DNA of 64,000 nucleotides from the human T2T-CHM13v2.0 reference genome, Homo sapiens. The translations under genes and the position numbers were made by a program. Under the pieces are notes generated by a model, which was not told where the DNA came from, searched no databases, and saw only the letters and a program-made list of their open reading frames with translations. The stretch lies in assembly GCF_009914755.1 (NCBI RefSeq), contig NC_060938.1; one strand, written 5' to 3'. Numbering within the stretch: the stretch's first letter is position 1; each line of letters starts with the position of its first letter. Shown piece after piece: positions 32,422-49,769 of the stretch.

Positions 32422-34539
32422 AAAATATATAATCCTTCCTATATCTTGTAAGCATTTTATTACTCATGAGAACACGGTTGGCCTATCCACTGAACAGCAA
32501 GACAAATGTAGTAATAATTAGTCATTGCTGATGTTTGACTGATTGTGTTATGTAAACACCATAGATGTACATGTATTTGCTATTATGTTGTTATGGATAT
32601 ACAGTGAAATCTATTTTATTTAACAGCTTGTTACTTTGACTTGTAAGCTTTAAATATTTTGACATATGGTATATATGCTTCCACTTGTACTCTAGCTCAG
32701 GGTATAGGAAATGTTGGTGATGGGCATGGTCAACTTCCTGTTCTAATATTCAAAGTATTTCCACTGTTTCCAGTATCGAGTTAGCATCTCCGTTCTCTGT
32801 GCTTCCTCCAAACACTATCTGCATAACCAGGAATCATATAAATCATGCCAAATTATCATTTATTTATTAGTGAGTTTCTCTTTCTACTAGATGAGCTTAT
32901 CTCAGTATCTTTAGTCAATAGTGACAAGCACAGTGCTTGACATCTAGCACTGTGGACATACCATTTTCAATACTATCTTGATTTGCAACTCGTCACCTCT
33001 TTTCTTCTTCCATATGCCTCAAAACACACATTTAAGATATGTACAGATATCTATCTTAATAAAATGAAAGAGCTGGTTCTTTGTTTGCCAAACATTAAAC
33101 ATTTGCATCAACCAGTCCAAACCATAGGGTGTTGTTGCATTGAAATCTGATCCTTTGGGAAATATTAATGAAAGTGATTATTTCTATTCCTTGCAAGGCA
33201 ATTGATTATTAAGTGTTTGGCAAGCTTAATCTAATTTCCATAAAACTAAAATTGAGGCCCTATAGTCCCAAGTAATGTAGACCGAGAATCAACATTTAAA
33301 AAGCAGAAAAAAATAAATATCATTTGGAAGAGTAATGGAAAATATTTTTTTTTGTCTCAGAGAAATCTGTATGTGACATTTGCACATGAAGAATCTCAAA
33401 TGAACTTGACAAATGTTTTAATATTTTTAGTGTCCACATAAATGCTTCCAGTAATTATTTGTCTTGAGCTAAAAATTTTTCATAACTGTTACTTCACATT
33501 TTATTCTTGTTAATAATAATAGTCATTTATTATAGTAAAATGTTGACAATAAAACCAAAGGCATACTGAAGAAAATAAAGATCATTCATGCGAACAGGAC
33601 TTCATAGTGGCTTTGAACAAGGGTAAAAGAGTTTGTCTGCCTGCGCCTAACACCATGACCTCAAATTATCAACTTAAACTCTTTGTTTCATCAACATTTG
33701 ACAACAATATTCACATAATTGTATTATTCTAAAGATTTAAAAATTAACGAATTTAGAACGGAGCCTGGCATATAATAATTACTTAGTAGGTTTTAAATAT
33801 GTTGGTGGTGGTGATGTTGATGACGATGATGTTGGCAATTGAAAGACAATTACTTTTCTTGAATTTAAATCAATAAATGCTTCTACTATTATTACTTGTA
33901 TTGTTGTTATCAACAATTTCACTGGATTAATCCTAGAGCAATTAAAGATATAACTTCAATAAAAATTATATCATAAACTGTATAAACTATATGTTCTGAT
34001 CTTTTTCTGTTATATTATGGAAATATTCTTTAAAATGCACATTATCTTATAAATAGAAAATATTTTAATTTTCTTTTAATCTAGTTTAATTTTTTGGATG
34101 TTTAGTCATTACTATCTAGGCATGAATAATATATAGGAATCAGTTTCTACATCAGAACTTTGAAAGTATCATCAAATAGTAATTATTTGATAACAATTCC
34201 ATATTGAGAGTTGGTTCTGATTCAAAACTCAACCCTGTTGTTTATATCTTCCCTACCCCATCGTTTGCAGAATTTTTACTGAACACTACAATGACTGCAT
34301 AAAAAGAAAAATTGATAGCAGAGTTGGAAACTAGCAAAAGATGACATCTCTAAGCCTGAAAGCCAGAAGGAATGTTGGGAATATATTGTTTAGAGGATAA
34401 CTTTGCAGAAAGGTCAGCAAACATGCAAGCTACAACATGAGAAGAAATCTGTTCCAGAGCTCAGAGTGGGTGGGAAGGACAAAGTGGGAGCTGCCAGGGC
34501 AGAAGGGAAGGCTGGTGAATAGTCTATAATGGAGATTCT

Positions 34540-34730
34540 GGCTACAATTAAATCACTTGAAGACATTTTTATTAACATACTCATTTTGAGAGCTCACCCC
34601 AGAGGAATTAAATCAGAATCTTGGTCGGGAAGAGGGGTGAGGTTGGGAGTAGCCCACACATTGCCTTTTTGTAAAAACTTTCCAGATGATCGTATGTGTG
34701 TAAAAATGGTTGTGAATCATTGGTTTAGGA
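34540..34730. mobile_element. MER5A-like hAT-Charlie MITE, degraded
   Basis: aaatcacttg...caccccagaggaattaaatcagaatct...ttccagatgatcgtatgtg...ttgtgaatcattggtttag. Confidence 0.55.
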
Positions 34731-35198
34731 AGCAAATATAAAATATGCTTGTGTTTCCTGGAAAGCACAAGGTTGCCACAACAGAAGGAATGGCTCTTAC
34801 CCTTGTTCTCAGTGTCTACACGTGTGGGTGGTAGGCTAAGTAAACTGAAGGTACTTCTACAACGAGATTGACAACTAGTATCAGCATGCCTGTGAGGGAA
34901 GACGAGGCAGGGTTGGGCAGTGACCCAGCAAGTATTTTTTATAACACATGAAGCTTTTATAGGAAATTCTTTTTTTTTTTTAATTTTTTTTTTATTATAC
35001 TTTAAGTTTTAGGGTACATGTGCACATTGTGCAGGTTAGTTACATATGTATACATGTGCCATGCTGGTGCGCTGCACCCACTATCTCGTCATCTAGCATT
35101 AGGCATATCTCCCAGTGCTATCCCTCCCCCCTCCCCCCACACCACAACAGTCCCCAGAGTGTGATATTCCCCTTCCTGTGTCCATGTGATCTCATTGT

Positions 35199-39033
<3,835 letters not shown>

Positions 39034-39096
39034 TATGATGTTAGCTGGTTGTTTTGCTGGTTAGTTGATGCAGTTTCTTCCTAGTCTTGATGGTCT

Positions 39097-40114
39097 TTAC
39101 ATTTTGGCATGATTTTGCAGCGGCTGGTACCGGTTTTTCCTTTCCATATTTAGTACTTCATTCAGGAGCTCTTTTAGGGCAGGCCTGGTGGTGACAAAAT
39201 CTCTCAGCATTTGCTTGTCTGTAAAGTATTTTATTTCTCCTTCACTTATGAAGCTTAGTTTGGCTGGATATGAAATTCTGGGTTGAAAATTGTTTTCTTT
39301 AAGAATGTTGAATATTGGCCCCCACTCTCTTCTGGCTTGTAGGGTTTCTGCTGCGAGATCCGCTGTTAGTCTGATGGGCTTCCCTTTGAGGGTAACCCGA
39401 CCTTTCTCTCTGGCTGCCCTTAACATTTTTTCCTTCATTTCCACTTTGGTGAATCTGACAATTATGTGTCTTGGAGTTGCTCTTCTCGAGGAGTATCTTT
39501 GTTGCGTTCTCTGTATTTCCTGAATCTGAATGTTGGCCTGCCTTGCTAGGTTGGGGAAGTTCTCCTGGATAATATCCTGCAGCGTGTTTTCCAATTTGGT
39601 TCCATTCTCCACATCACTTTCAGGTACACCAATCAGACGTAGATTTGGTCTTTTCACATAGTCTCATATTTCTTGGAGGCTTTGCTCATTTCTTTTTATT
39701 CTTTTTTTCTCTAAACTTCCCTTCTCGCTTCATTTCATTCATTTCATCTTCCATCGCTGATACGCTTTCTTTCAGTTGATCGCGTCAGCTCCTGAGGCTT
39801 CTGCATTCTTCACGTAGTTCTCGAGCCTTGGTTTTCAGCTCCATCAGCTCCTTTAAGCATTTCTCTGTATTGGTTATTCTAGTTATACATTCTTCTAAAT
39901 TTTTTTCAAAGTTTTCAACTTCTTTGCCTTTGGTTTGAATGTCCTCCCGTAGCTCGGAGTAATTTGATCATCTGAAGCCTTTTTCTCTCAGCTCGTCAAA
40001 GTCATTCTCTGTCCAGCTTTGTTCTGTTGCTGTTGAGGAACTGCGTTCCTTTGGAGAAGGAGAGGCACTCTGCTTTTTAGAGTTTCCAGTTTTTCTGTTC
40101 TGTTTTTTCCCCAT
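39097..40114 (-). pseudogene. L1 #3 ORF1 with codon-49 stop and +1 frameshift
   Basis: Span is 1018 bp. TGA at 39968-39970. Extra T near 39705. Confidence 0.93.
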
Positions 40115-40569
40115 CTTTGTGGTTTTATCTACTTTTGTTCTTTGATGATGGTGATGTACAGATGGGTTTTTGGTGTGGGTGTTCTTTCTGTTTGTTAGTT
40201 TTCCTTCTAACAGACAGGACCCTCAGCTGCAGGTCTGTTGGAATACCCTGCCGTGTGAGGTGTAAGTGTGCCCCTGCTGGGGGTTGCCTGCCAGTTAGGC
40301 TGCTCGGGGGTCAGGGGTCAGGGACCCACTTGAGGAGGCAGTCTGCCCGTTCTCAGATCTCCAGCTGCATGCTAGGAGAACCACTGCTCTCTTCAAAGCT
40401 GTCAGACAGGGACATTTATGTCTGCAGAAGTTACTGCTGTCTTTTTGTTTGTCTGTGCCCTACCCCCAGAGGTGGATCCTACAGAGGCAGGCAGGCCTCC
40501 TTGAGCTGTGGTGGGCTCCACTCTGTTCGAGCTTCCTGGCTGCTTTGTTTACCTAAGCAAGCCTGGGCA

Positions 40570-40689
40570 ATGGCGGGCGCCAATCCCCCAGCCTGGCTGC
40601 CGCCTTGCAGTTTGATCTCAGACTGCTGTGCTAGCAATCAGCGAGACTCCCGTGGTCATAGGACCCTCCGAGCCAGGTGCGGGATATAA
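40570..40689 (+). pseudogene. L1 antisense ORF0 remnant, frameshifted
   Basis: MAGANPPAWLPPCSLISDCCASNQRDS then a frameshift. Homologous starts in L1 #1 (early TAG) and L1 #2 (frameshift, early TGA). Confidence 0.8.
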
Positions 40690-43164
40690 TCTCGTGGTGC
40701 ACTGTTTTTTAAGCCCGTCGGAAAAGCGCAGTATTTGGGTGGGAGTGACCCAATTTTCCAGGTGCTCTCAGTCACCCCTTTCTTTGAGTCGGAAAGGGAA
40801 CTCCCTGACCCCTTGCGCTTCCCAAGTGAGGCAATGCCTCGCCCTGCTTCAGCTGGCACAGGGTGCGCGCACCCACTTACCTGCGCCCACTGTCTGGCAT
40901 TCCCTAGTGAGTTGAACCTGGTACTTCAGATGGAAATGCAGAAATAACCCGTCTTCTGCGTCACTCACGCTGGGAGCTGTAGAGTGGAGCTGTTCCTATT
41001 TGGCCATCTTGGCTCCTTGATTTAGGAAATTCTTGAGGAGAAAAAAAATAAGATGCCAAATAGTCAAATATACCAGGCAGAATAATAAATATAATGGATT
41101 TAAAGTTTTAATAGTACCATTCATATAAGGACACATAAAAACAGTTATGCTGTTTGTAGAAGTAAAACAAAATCATAGACAAAAAATGTTAAAGGTGAAA
41201 AAATATATATTCAGGAAATGCAAATATAGTAGTGTTTGCCATACAATATCAACATCATATAAAATTAAATTCAAAGAAATACCACTCAAAGGGACAATGA
41301 TGAGTCATTTTATATTGATAAAGGGTGCAACCTACAGACATTTTCAAAATATTTTAATGTGCTGAATAAAGTTGCTTCAAAATATTTCAGAAATGTTATT
41401 TAACACCTATGAAACTTTTTATAGAATATTTTGTCGAATATCAATATTTCAATATCATGGAAATATAATAATGCAGAAAATCCATAAGAAAAACAAAGTA
41501 AACTTCAAATTTGAATGGAATATGAAATACTGAAGACAAATATTTCTATCATTCTTTATATTATTAACATATTTTTTAAAGGAAAGGCAAGTTTCATATA
41601 TCTGCAATTAATTTACTGTTGTATTTGTCAATCTACCAGGACAGAGTTATGAGATTACAAAGAACACAACATTCATCAGAATAAAAATATACCCTTGGTT
41701 GTTAAAATGTATGTTTCATGTGTAATAATTCATTGAGTTTTATATTCCTAGGACACTAAAGGTAAATATATTTCCAGTAAAAACAAATAAAATTTGCTCT
41801 CCTAAACTGGTGTCTTTCAGATAACCAATTATCTTATAAGTTACATTTTAAATACAAAGAAAGCAAAATTTTAAATCAAATACACTGATTAATTAACTAC
41901 TTGTAAAATTGTAAGAAGTCCATCCACTGTGAAACGAGGAACTATAGGCTGCCTATGTAGTGCAATGACGGGAATGGTAAAATATGTTACCAATGGAAAA
42001 ACGTAAAAGTATTTGGAAGTATTTCAAAACTCTGGTTTTAACCTTTACAACCACCATCCATGATAGAGGAATCATAGTTGCAGGTGGATAGGCACCTACG
42101 AAAGGGGCTAGCTAGCCAGCCCCCTTCCAAGGAAAAGATGGGGTGAGGATTGTTAATGTTTTCCATCTGTGGTATTAAGACTGCAGACTTAGTGGAAATC
42201 TTGATATTCACCAAGATCCCAGAGCAACATGGTATCTTGGTGATAAAATTCACATCTAGTGTGTCTAAGTGAATAGTCTCAAAGAATGTATACATACTCT
42301 AACTTTGTACAGGCAAATGTAGCCAATAATTTCTAAGCTCCTGAAAAAATGGGACAGTAGGAAGAATTGGGAGGGAGTGTATCTCAGAAGAGGGTGGGAC
42401 TAAGAGGACACGGAAGACATGGAGCTCACAGTCACTACTGAGGGCCACAACAGGGACCATTGACACCAGTAACTGACACCAGTGCAGAATGCTCAAACAC
42501 TATCAAAACACTATCACTTCAACTGATGCCGGCACAGGATACTCCAATGAAATAAAATATAAGACAGTAGATGTCAGGAAGAACATAGGATGGCATGAAA
42601 ACTGATTTCAGAACAGTATCAATTTCCTGCTCTCTCCCTTCTCTCTTCTGATAGCCTCTCCCACCAATTTCAGTAAAATTGATCACCTTTGGGGGACAGG
42701 TAAAGAAAAGGGGCAAGAAATATGTTAAATTTGATTAATACTTTTACAAAAAAGCGACTGTATATTGAATTTGGAATTATTGAATTCCCTTGAAATGCCA
42801 TTAATCTGAGTCATTAGTAAAATACAGAATTACTTGTAGTTACTTACCAGAAAATTAGGAAAAATATATTTCTGGACATCTGAGTAGTAACTGAAAATTT
42901 GAAAGCTACCAGGCATTTATCCCTCTTGATTATCTGACCAATAATTGTTAATATAGCTCTCACTGGTGATGCTTCACGGATGTTGTAAAAAATCTGCCAA
43001 TGCATTGCAAACATAGTATAAGTGAGTTGATAAAATGTGATATTATAAATGTTGTAAAATACACAAAATTTTAAGAAATTAATAAAATTTATGTTGGAGG
43101 ATATGTAAGAGCACAGACACAAGTAACTGAAATACATATATTTTTGATATTGTAACTTTCCAGC

Positions 43165-43325
43165 ATCAGATTTATTGAGGCATAATTGAAGTACAGTAAG
43201 AGTCACCTTTTAAGGCATACAGTTCAATGCATTTTCACAGATGTTCACAGCACATCACCAGTACCACAAGCAAGTTATAAAATATTTTCCTCCCCAACAA
43301 AGTTCCCTTGTGCCTCCTTACAGTG
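43165..43325 (-). mobile_element. Old L1 (L1MB/ME-type) 3'UTR fragment
   Basis: tttattgaggcataattgaagtacag...ttttaaggcatacagttcaatg...aaagttcccttgtgcctcc. Confidence 0.6.
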
Positions 43326-44458
43326 TTTACCTATAGTCTTAATTAACAGAACTAGAACTAGACAACTTAAAAATTGAAGAATAAAAGGAACACACAAAAT
43401 TGATGAAAATAGAAAACATTAGAAATCAGTGAATGAATTCAGTGCTAGTGGATGAAGATCAACCTGCTGATATTAATACAATTTTTTAAAATTTTATTTC
43501 ACGAATATGATTCACATTTTTATTATGTTTCGAAGTTGAATTCCTTGACGAAGATTTTTGTGCCAAAATGCTGAAGTGCTGTGGTCCTTAATAAGGGGAC
43601 AGAAGTTCTTGTGTTACATCCATGTCTTATATATTACCTCAAAATATCAACATCCTCCTCCTCCTCCTCACCATCATCAGTCGCTGAATCCCACTGTACT
43701 CCTAGAGTGGCATGGTGAAAACTGAAGATCTGAGGTTAACAATTGATTCCAAAACAGTTCCCACTATAGTGGCACTGTCATCATGCCAAGCTGCTTCCTT
43801 AACCCCTAAGTGTCCTTAAGGAGCTGATTCAAACTTATAAGGTGATTGCCTCATATCTGAGGTATGAGACCTTCAAACCCTGAGATGATTTGTTTTATTC
43901 AGTGTCAAGATAAGCAAAAATTTAGGTGACTCGAAGTCGCAAAAATATTATACTTCTAGAAGTGAGAATGGTTGATGCATTAACCTTATTTTTAACTTTT
44001 ATTTTGGGTTCAGGAGTACACATGCAGATTTGTTATACAAATAAATTGCATGTCATGGGGGTTTGGTGTACAGATTATTTTGTCACCCAGGTAACAAGCA
44101 TAGTATCAAATAGGTAGTTTTATGATCCTCAACTTCCTCCACCCTTAACATTCAAGTAGGCTTCAGTGTCTGTTCCCTTCTTTGTGTCCATGTGGACTCA
44201 ATGGTTAACTCTCACCTATAAGTCAGAACACGCAGTATTTGTTTTTCTGTTCCTGTCTTAGTTTGCTTAAGATTACATCCTCCAGCTCCATCCATGTTGC
44301 TACAAAAGACATAGTTTTATTCTTTTTATGGCTGCCTACTATTCCATGGTGTATATGTACTATTTTTTTTTAATCCAGATTACAGTTGATGGACATTTGG
44401 GTTGATTCTATGTCTTTGCTATTGGGAATAGTGGGGTGATGAACATATGCGTGTATGC

Positions 44459-44662
44459 ATCTTTATGGTAGAACAATTTATATTCCATTGGGTGTGTGTG
44501 TATATATATATATGTATACATATGTATATACATATATATACACATGTATACATATATATACACATGTATACATATATATACATATATATACATGTATACA
44601 TATATATACATATATATATATATACACACCCAATGGAATATAAATTGTTCTACCATAAAGAT
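44459..44662. repeat. 39-bp perfect inverted repeat around a (TA/CA)n spacer, followed by TA/GATA low-complexity DNA to ~44850
   Basis: atctttatggtagaacaatttatattccattgggtgtgt (44459-44497) vs acacacccaatggaatataaattgttctaccataaagat (44624-44662). Confidence 0.95.
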
Positions 44663-44903
44663 ATATATATATATGGTGTGTATGTGTATCATCTATATAT
44701 ATATATATATCATATATATATATGGTGTGTGTGTGTATCTATCAATCTATATATCTACTGATATCTATCTACTTATAGATGATAGAGAGATAGATCAGTA
44801 GATAGATAAATATAGATATATAGATATAGACATAGATATAGATATAGATACAGGATTGCTGGGTTGAACGGTAATTCTGTTTTAAGTTCTTTGAGAAATC
44901 ACC

Positions 44904-46913
44904 TGATTTGGTTTGGCTCTGTGTCCTCAACCAAACCTCATGTTAAATTGTAATCCCCATGTGTCAGGAGAGGGGTCTGGTGGAAGGTAATTGTATTGTG
45001 GGGGCAGATTTCTCCATGCTGTTATTGTGAAAGTAAGTTTTCACGAGATCTGGTGGTTTAAAAGTGTTTGGCACTTCTCATGTCACTCTCAGTCTCTCCT
45101 GCCACCATGTGAAGAAGGTGCTTGCTTCCTCTTTGCCTTCTGCCATTATTGTAAGTGTCCTGAGGCCCTCCAGTGATACTTTCTGTTAAGCCTATGATGC
45201 TGTGACTCAGTTGAACCTCTTTTTTTTCATAAATTGCCCATTCTCAGGTAGCTCTTTATATCAGTGTGAAAACAGACTAACACAGAAAATTGGTACCAGA
45301 AGAGTGGGGCATTCCTATAAAGATACCTGAAAATGTGGAAGCAACTTTGAAACTGGGTAATTGGCAGAGGTTGGAAAAGTTTGTAGGGCTCAGAAGAAGA
45401 CAAAAAGATGTGGGAAAGTTTGGAACTTTTAGAGATTTGTTTAATGGTTTTGACCAAAATACTGATAGTAATATAGACAAAAAAGTCAAGGCTGAGGTGG
45501 TCTCAGATGGAGATGAGGAACTTGTTGGGAACTGGAATAAAGGTGACTCTTGCTATACTTTAGCAAAGAGACTGGTGGCATTTTGCCCCTGCTCTAGAAG
45601 GGAGAAATGGTTTTGTGGGCCAGGCCTGTGCAGCCTCAGGACATGGTGCCCTGAGTCCCAGCTGCTCCAAATCCAGCTGTGGCTAATAGAGGCCAAGGTA
45701 CAGGTTGAACCGTGGCTTTACAGGGTGAAGCCACAAGCCTTTGTGGCTTCCACATGGTGTTGGGCCTCTGGGTGTGCAGAAGGAAAGAGTTTGACAACCT
45801 CCACCTAGATTTCAGAGGGTGTATGAAAACACCTGGATGTTCAGGCAGAAATATGCTGTAGAGGCAGAGCCTTCATGGAGAACCTATACTAGGGCAGTGT
45901 GGAGGGGAAATGTGGGGTTGGAGCCCCCACACGAAGTTCCCACTGGGGCACTTCCTAGCAGAGTTGTGAGGAAAGGGCCACCGTACTCCAAACTCCAGGA
46001 TGGTAGATCCACTAATACCCTGACCCCAGAATGGTAGATCCACCAACAGCTTGCAGTGTGTGCCTGGAAATGCTGCAGGAACTAACCCCAGCATGTGAAA
46101 GCAGCTGCAGGGGCTGTACCCTGCAGAAGCATGGCATCAGAGCTGCCCAAGGCCTTGGGAGCCCAGCTATTGCATCAGCATTTTCTGGATGTGAGGCATG
46201 GAGTTAAAGGAGATTATTTTAGAGCTTTAAGATGTAATAACTGCCCTGCTGGGTTTCGGACTTGCATGGGGCTTGTGGTTCCTTTGTTTTGGCCAATTTC
46301 TCCCATTTCGAATGGGAGCATTTACCCAATGCCTGTACTCACATTGTATCTTGGAAGTAATTAACTTGCTTTTGCTTTTACAGACTCATAGGTTGAAGGG
46401 ACTTACTTTATCTCAGATGAGACTTTGGACTGTAGACTTTTTATTTATGCTGACATGAGTTAAGGCTGGGGGACTGTTGAGAATGAATAAATGTATTTAA
46501 AAATGTGAGAAGGACATGAAATTTGCAAGGGGCCAAAGGTGGAATGATATGGTTTAGATTTTTGTCCCTGCCCAAAGCTCAAGTCAAATTAGAGGTGGGC
46601 CCTGGTGGGAGGTGATTGGATCAAGGATGAATTTCCCCCTTGCTGTTTTCATGATAGTGAGTGAGTTATCAGGAGATCTAATGTTTCAAAAGTGTGTGGC
46701 ACATCCCCCTTTCTTCTCTCTCTCTCTCCTGTCTCTATGTGAAAAAGGTCCTTGCTTCCCCTTCCCCTTTTGCCATGATTGCAAGTATCCTGAGGCCTCC
46801 CAGTCATACTTCCTGTTAAGTCTGCAGAACTGTGAGTCAATTAAACCTCTTTTCTTTATAAATTACCCAGTTTCAGGTAGTTCTTTATAGTAGTGTGAAA
46901 ACAGACTAATGTA
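44904..46913 (+). mobile_element. MSTA-like MaLR provirus: 5' LTR 44904-45284, internal 45285-46544, 3' LTR 46545-46913
   Basis: 5-bp TSD tcacc (44899-44903 / 46914-46918). Internal starts gaaaattggtaccaga with MaLR ORF remnant KIPENVEATLKLGNWQRL. Purine-rich tract precedes the 3' LTR. L1 sequence is continuous across the insertion. Confidence 0.92.
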
Positions 46914-49374
46914 TCACCAAACCGCTTGCCACAATGGCTAATTTCCATTCCCACCAGCAGTGTATAAGCATTCTCTTTTCTCTGCAAGCCCACTAGCACC
47001 TTTATTATGTTTTTTGAATTTTTAATAACAGTTATTCTGACTGGTGTGATTTGTGATGTTAAGCATTTTTTCATATGTTTGTTGGTTGCTTGTATGTCTT
47101 CTTTTATCTGTTCATGCCCTTTGCCTACTTTTTAATGGGGTCGTTTTTTACTTGTTAATTTAAGTTTCTTATAGATTCTGGATGTTTGACCTTTGTTGGA
47201 TGCATAGTTTGCAAATATTTTATCCCACTCTGTAAGTTGCCTGTTTACTCTGTTGATAGTTTCTTTTGCTGTGCAAAAGTCCTTTAGTTTAATTAAGTCC
47301 CATTTGTTTATTTTTGGCTTGTTGAAATTGCTTCTGGCATCTTCATCATGAAATCTTTGGCAGATCTTATGTACAGAATGGTACTTCCTAGGTTATTGTC
47401 CAGGGTTTTTATAGTTTTACATTTTACATTTAAGTCTTTAGTCCCTCTTGAGTTGATTTTTGCATACAGTGAAAGGAAGGGGTCCAGTTTCAATTTTCTG
47501 CCTATGGCTAGCCAGTTATCTCAGCACCATTTATTGAATAGGGAGCCCTTTCTCCACTACTTGTTGTCAACTTTGTTGAAGATCAAACGGTTATAGGTGT
47601 GTGGCATTTTTACTGGGCTCCCTATTCTGTTCCATCAGTCCATGTGTCTGTTATTGTACCAGTTCTGTGCTGTTTTGGTTACTGTAGCCTTGTAGCATAG
47701 TTAGAAGTTTGGTAATGTGGTGTCTCCAGCTTTTTTCTTTTTGCTTAGCATTGCTTTGGCTATTCAGGCTCTTTTACGTTCCCTATGCATTTTAAAATAG
47801 TTTTTTCTAGTTCTGTGAAGAATGTCATTGATAGTTTTATAGGAATAGCATTGAATCTGTAAATTGCTTTGGGCAATATGGCCATTTTAACTATATTGAT
47901 TCTTCCTACTCATCAGCATGGATGTTTTCACAATTTGTTTGTGTCATCTCTGATTTCTTTGGGCAGTGTTTTGTAATTATTATTGTAGAGATCTTTCACC
48001 TCTCTGGTTAGCTGTATTCCTAGGCATTTTTTTCTTTTTGTGGCTATTGTAAATAGGATTGCATTCTTGATTTGGCTCTCAGCTTGGATTTTATTGGTGT
48101 ATAGAAATGCTACTGATTTTTGTACATTAATTTTGTATCCTGAAACTTTGCTGAAGTTGTTTATCAGATCAAGGAGCTTTTTGGCAGAGAGTATGAAGTT
48201 TTCTAGGTATAGAATCATAGCATCTGAAAACAGAGATAATTCGACTTATTCTTTTTCTATTTGGATGCTTTTCATTTCTTTCTCTTGCCTGATTACTCTG
48301 GCTAGGACTTTTAGTACTTTGTTGAATAGGAATGGTGTGAGAGGGCATTCGCATTTTGTTCCAGTTTTCAAGGGGAATGCATCTAGCTTTTGGCCATAAA
48401 GTATGATGTTGTCTATGGGTTTGCCATAGATGACAAAGTTATTATTTAGAGGTACATTCCTTCAATGACTAGCTTGTTGAGGTTTTTTTAACATGAAAGG
48501 ATTTTGAATTTTATCAAAAGCCTTTTCTGTATCTATTGAGATAATCATGTGGTTTTTGTTTTTAGTTCTGTTTATGTGATAAATCACATTTATTGATTTG
48601 CATATGTTGAACCAACCTTGCATCTCAGGGATAAATCCTACCTGATCATGGTGGATTAAGGTTTTGATGTGCTGCTAGATTCAGTTTGCTAGTATTTTGT
48701 TGAGGATTTTTGCATAGATATTAATCCATGCAATATCTATAGATACTCATCAAGGATCTTGGCCTGAAGTTTTTATTTTTTGTTGTGTCTCAGCTAGGTT
48801 TTGGTATCAAGATTATGCTAGTCTCATAGAATGAGTTATTGAGGAGTTCCTCCTCCTCAATTTTTTGGAATGGTTTCAGTAGGAATAGTACCAGCTCTTC
48901 TTTTTACATTTGGTAGAATTTGGCTATTAATCCATCTGGTCCATGGCTTTTTCTGATTAGTAAGCTTTTTATTATTGATTCAATTTTAGAACATATTATT
49001 GATCTGTTCAGGGATTCAATTTCTTCAGGGTTCACTCTTCAGAGGTATGTTTTCAGGAATGTAGCCATCTCTTACGGTTTTCTAGCTTGTGTGCAAAGGG
49101 GTGTTCGTAGTAGTCTGTGAGGGTTTTTGTATTTCTGTGAGGTCGGTGATAATGTCCTCTTTGTAACTTCTGATTGTGTTTATTTGAATCTTCTCTCTTT
49201 TTATCTTTATTAGTCTAATTGATAGTCTGTTTACCTTATTTATTGTTCCAAAGAACCAATTCATGGACTTGTTGAATCATTTGTATGATTTTTCACATCA
49301 AAATTTCCTTCAGTTGCATCAACCTTTTGATAACTGAGTGGTAAAGAATAAGCCTGTCCATTTTATCCACATAG

Positions 49375-49769
<395 letters not shown>

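Larger units (their letters stand above)
31699..33095. repeat. 162-bp inverted repeat pair (31699-31860 / 32934-33095) with a third 105-bp partial copy (31987-32091)
   Basis: The reverse complement of 31699-31860 matches 32934-33095 with 2 mismatches. 31987-32091 is a direct copy of the distal part of the right arm with about 5 mismatches. Confidence 0.95.
43980..49315 (-). mobile_element. 5'-truncated older L1 (about L1PA15/16), interrupted by a TA-rich palindrome and the MSTA provirus
   Basis: 3'UTR gggttcaggagtacacatgcagatttg...cagattattttgtcacccagg. ORF2 remnants include 47928-48218 ([32 protein letters not shown]). Confidence 0.9.

Noticed and set aside
33101-33113. tttgcatcaacc as the missing MADE1 end, implying a mariner-bounded 1.2-kb element
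   Set aside because: Only ~10 bp complementary to 31931-31940; too short to support.
41900-42720. GC-richer unique stretch with short minus-strand ORFs as an exon or pseudogene
   Set aside because: No recognisable protein similarity, consistent splice pair, or poly(A)/TSD.
44408-44801. Tyr/Ile-rich ORFs on both strands
   Set aside because: Translations of the TA/CA palindrome.
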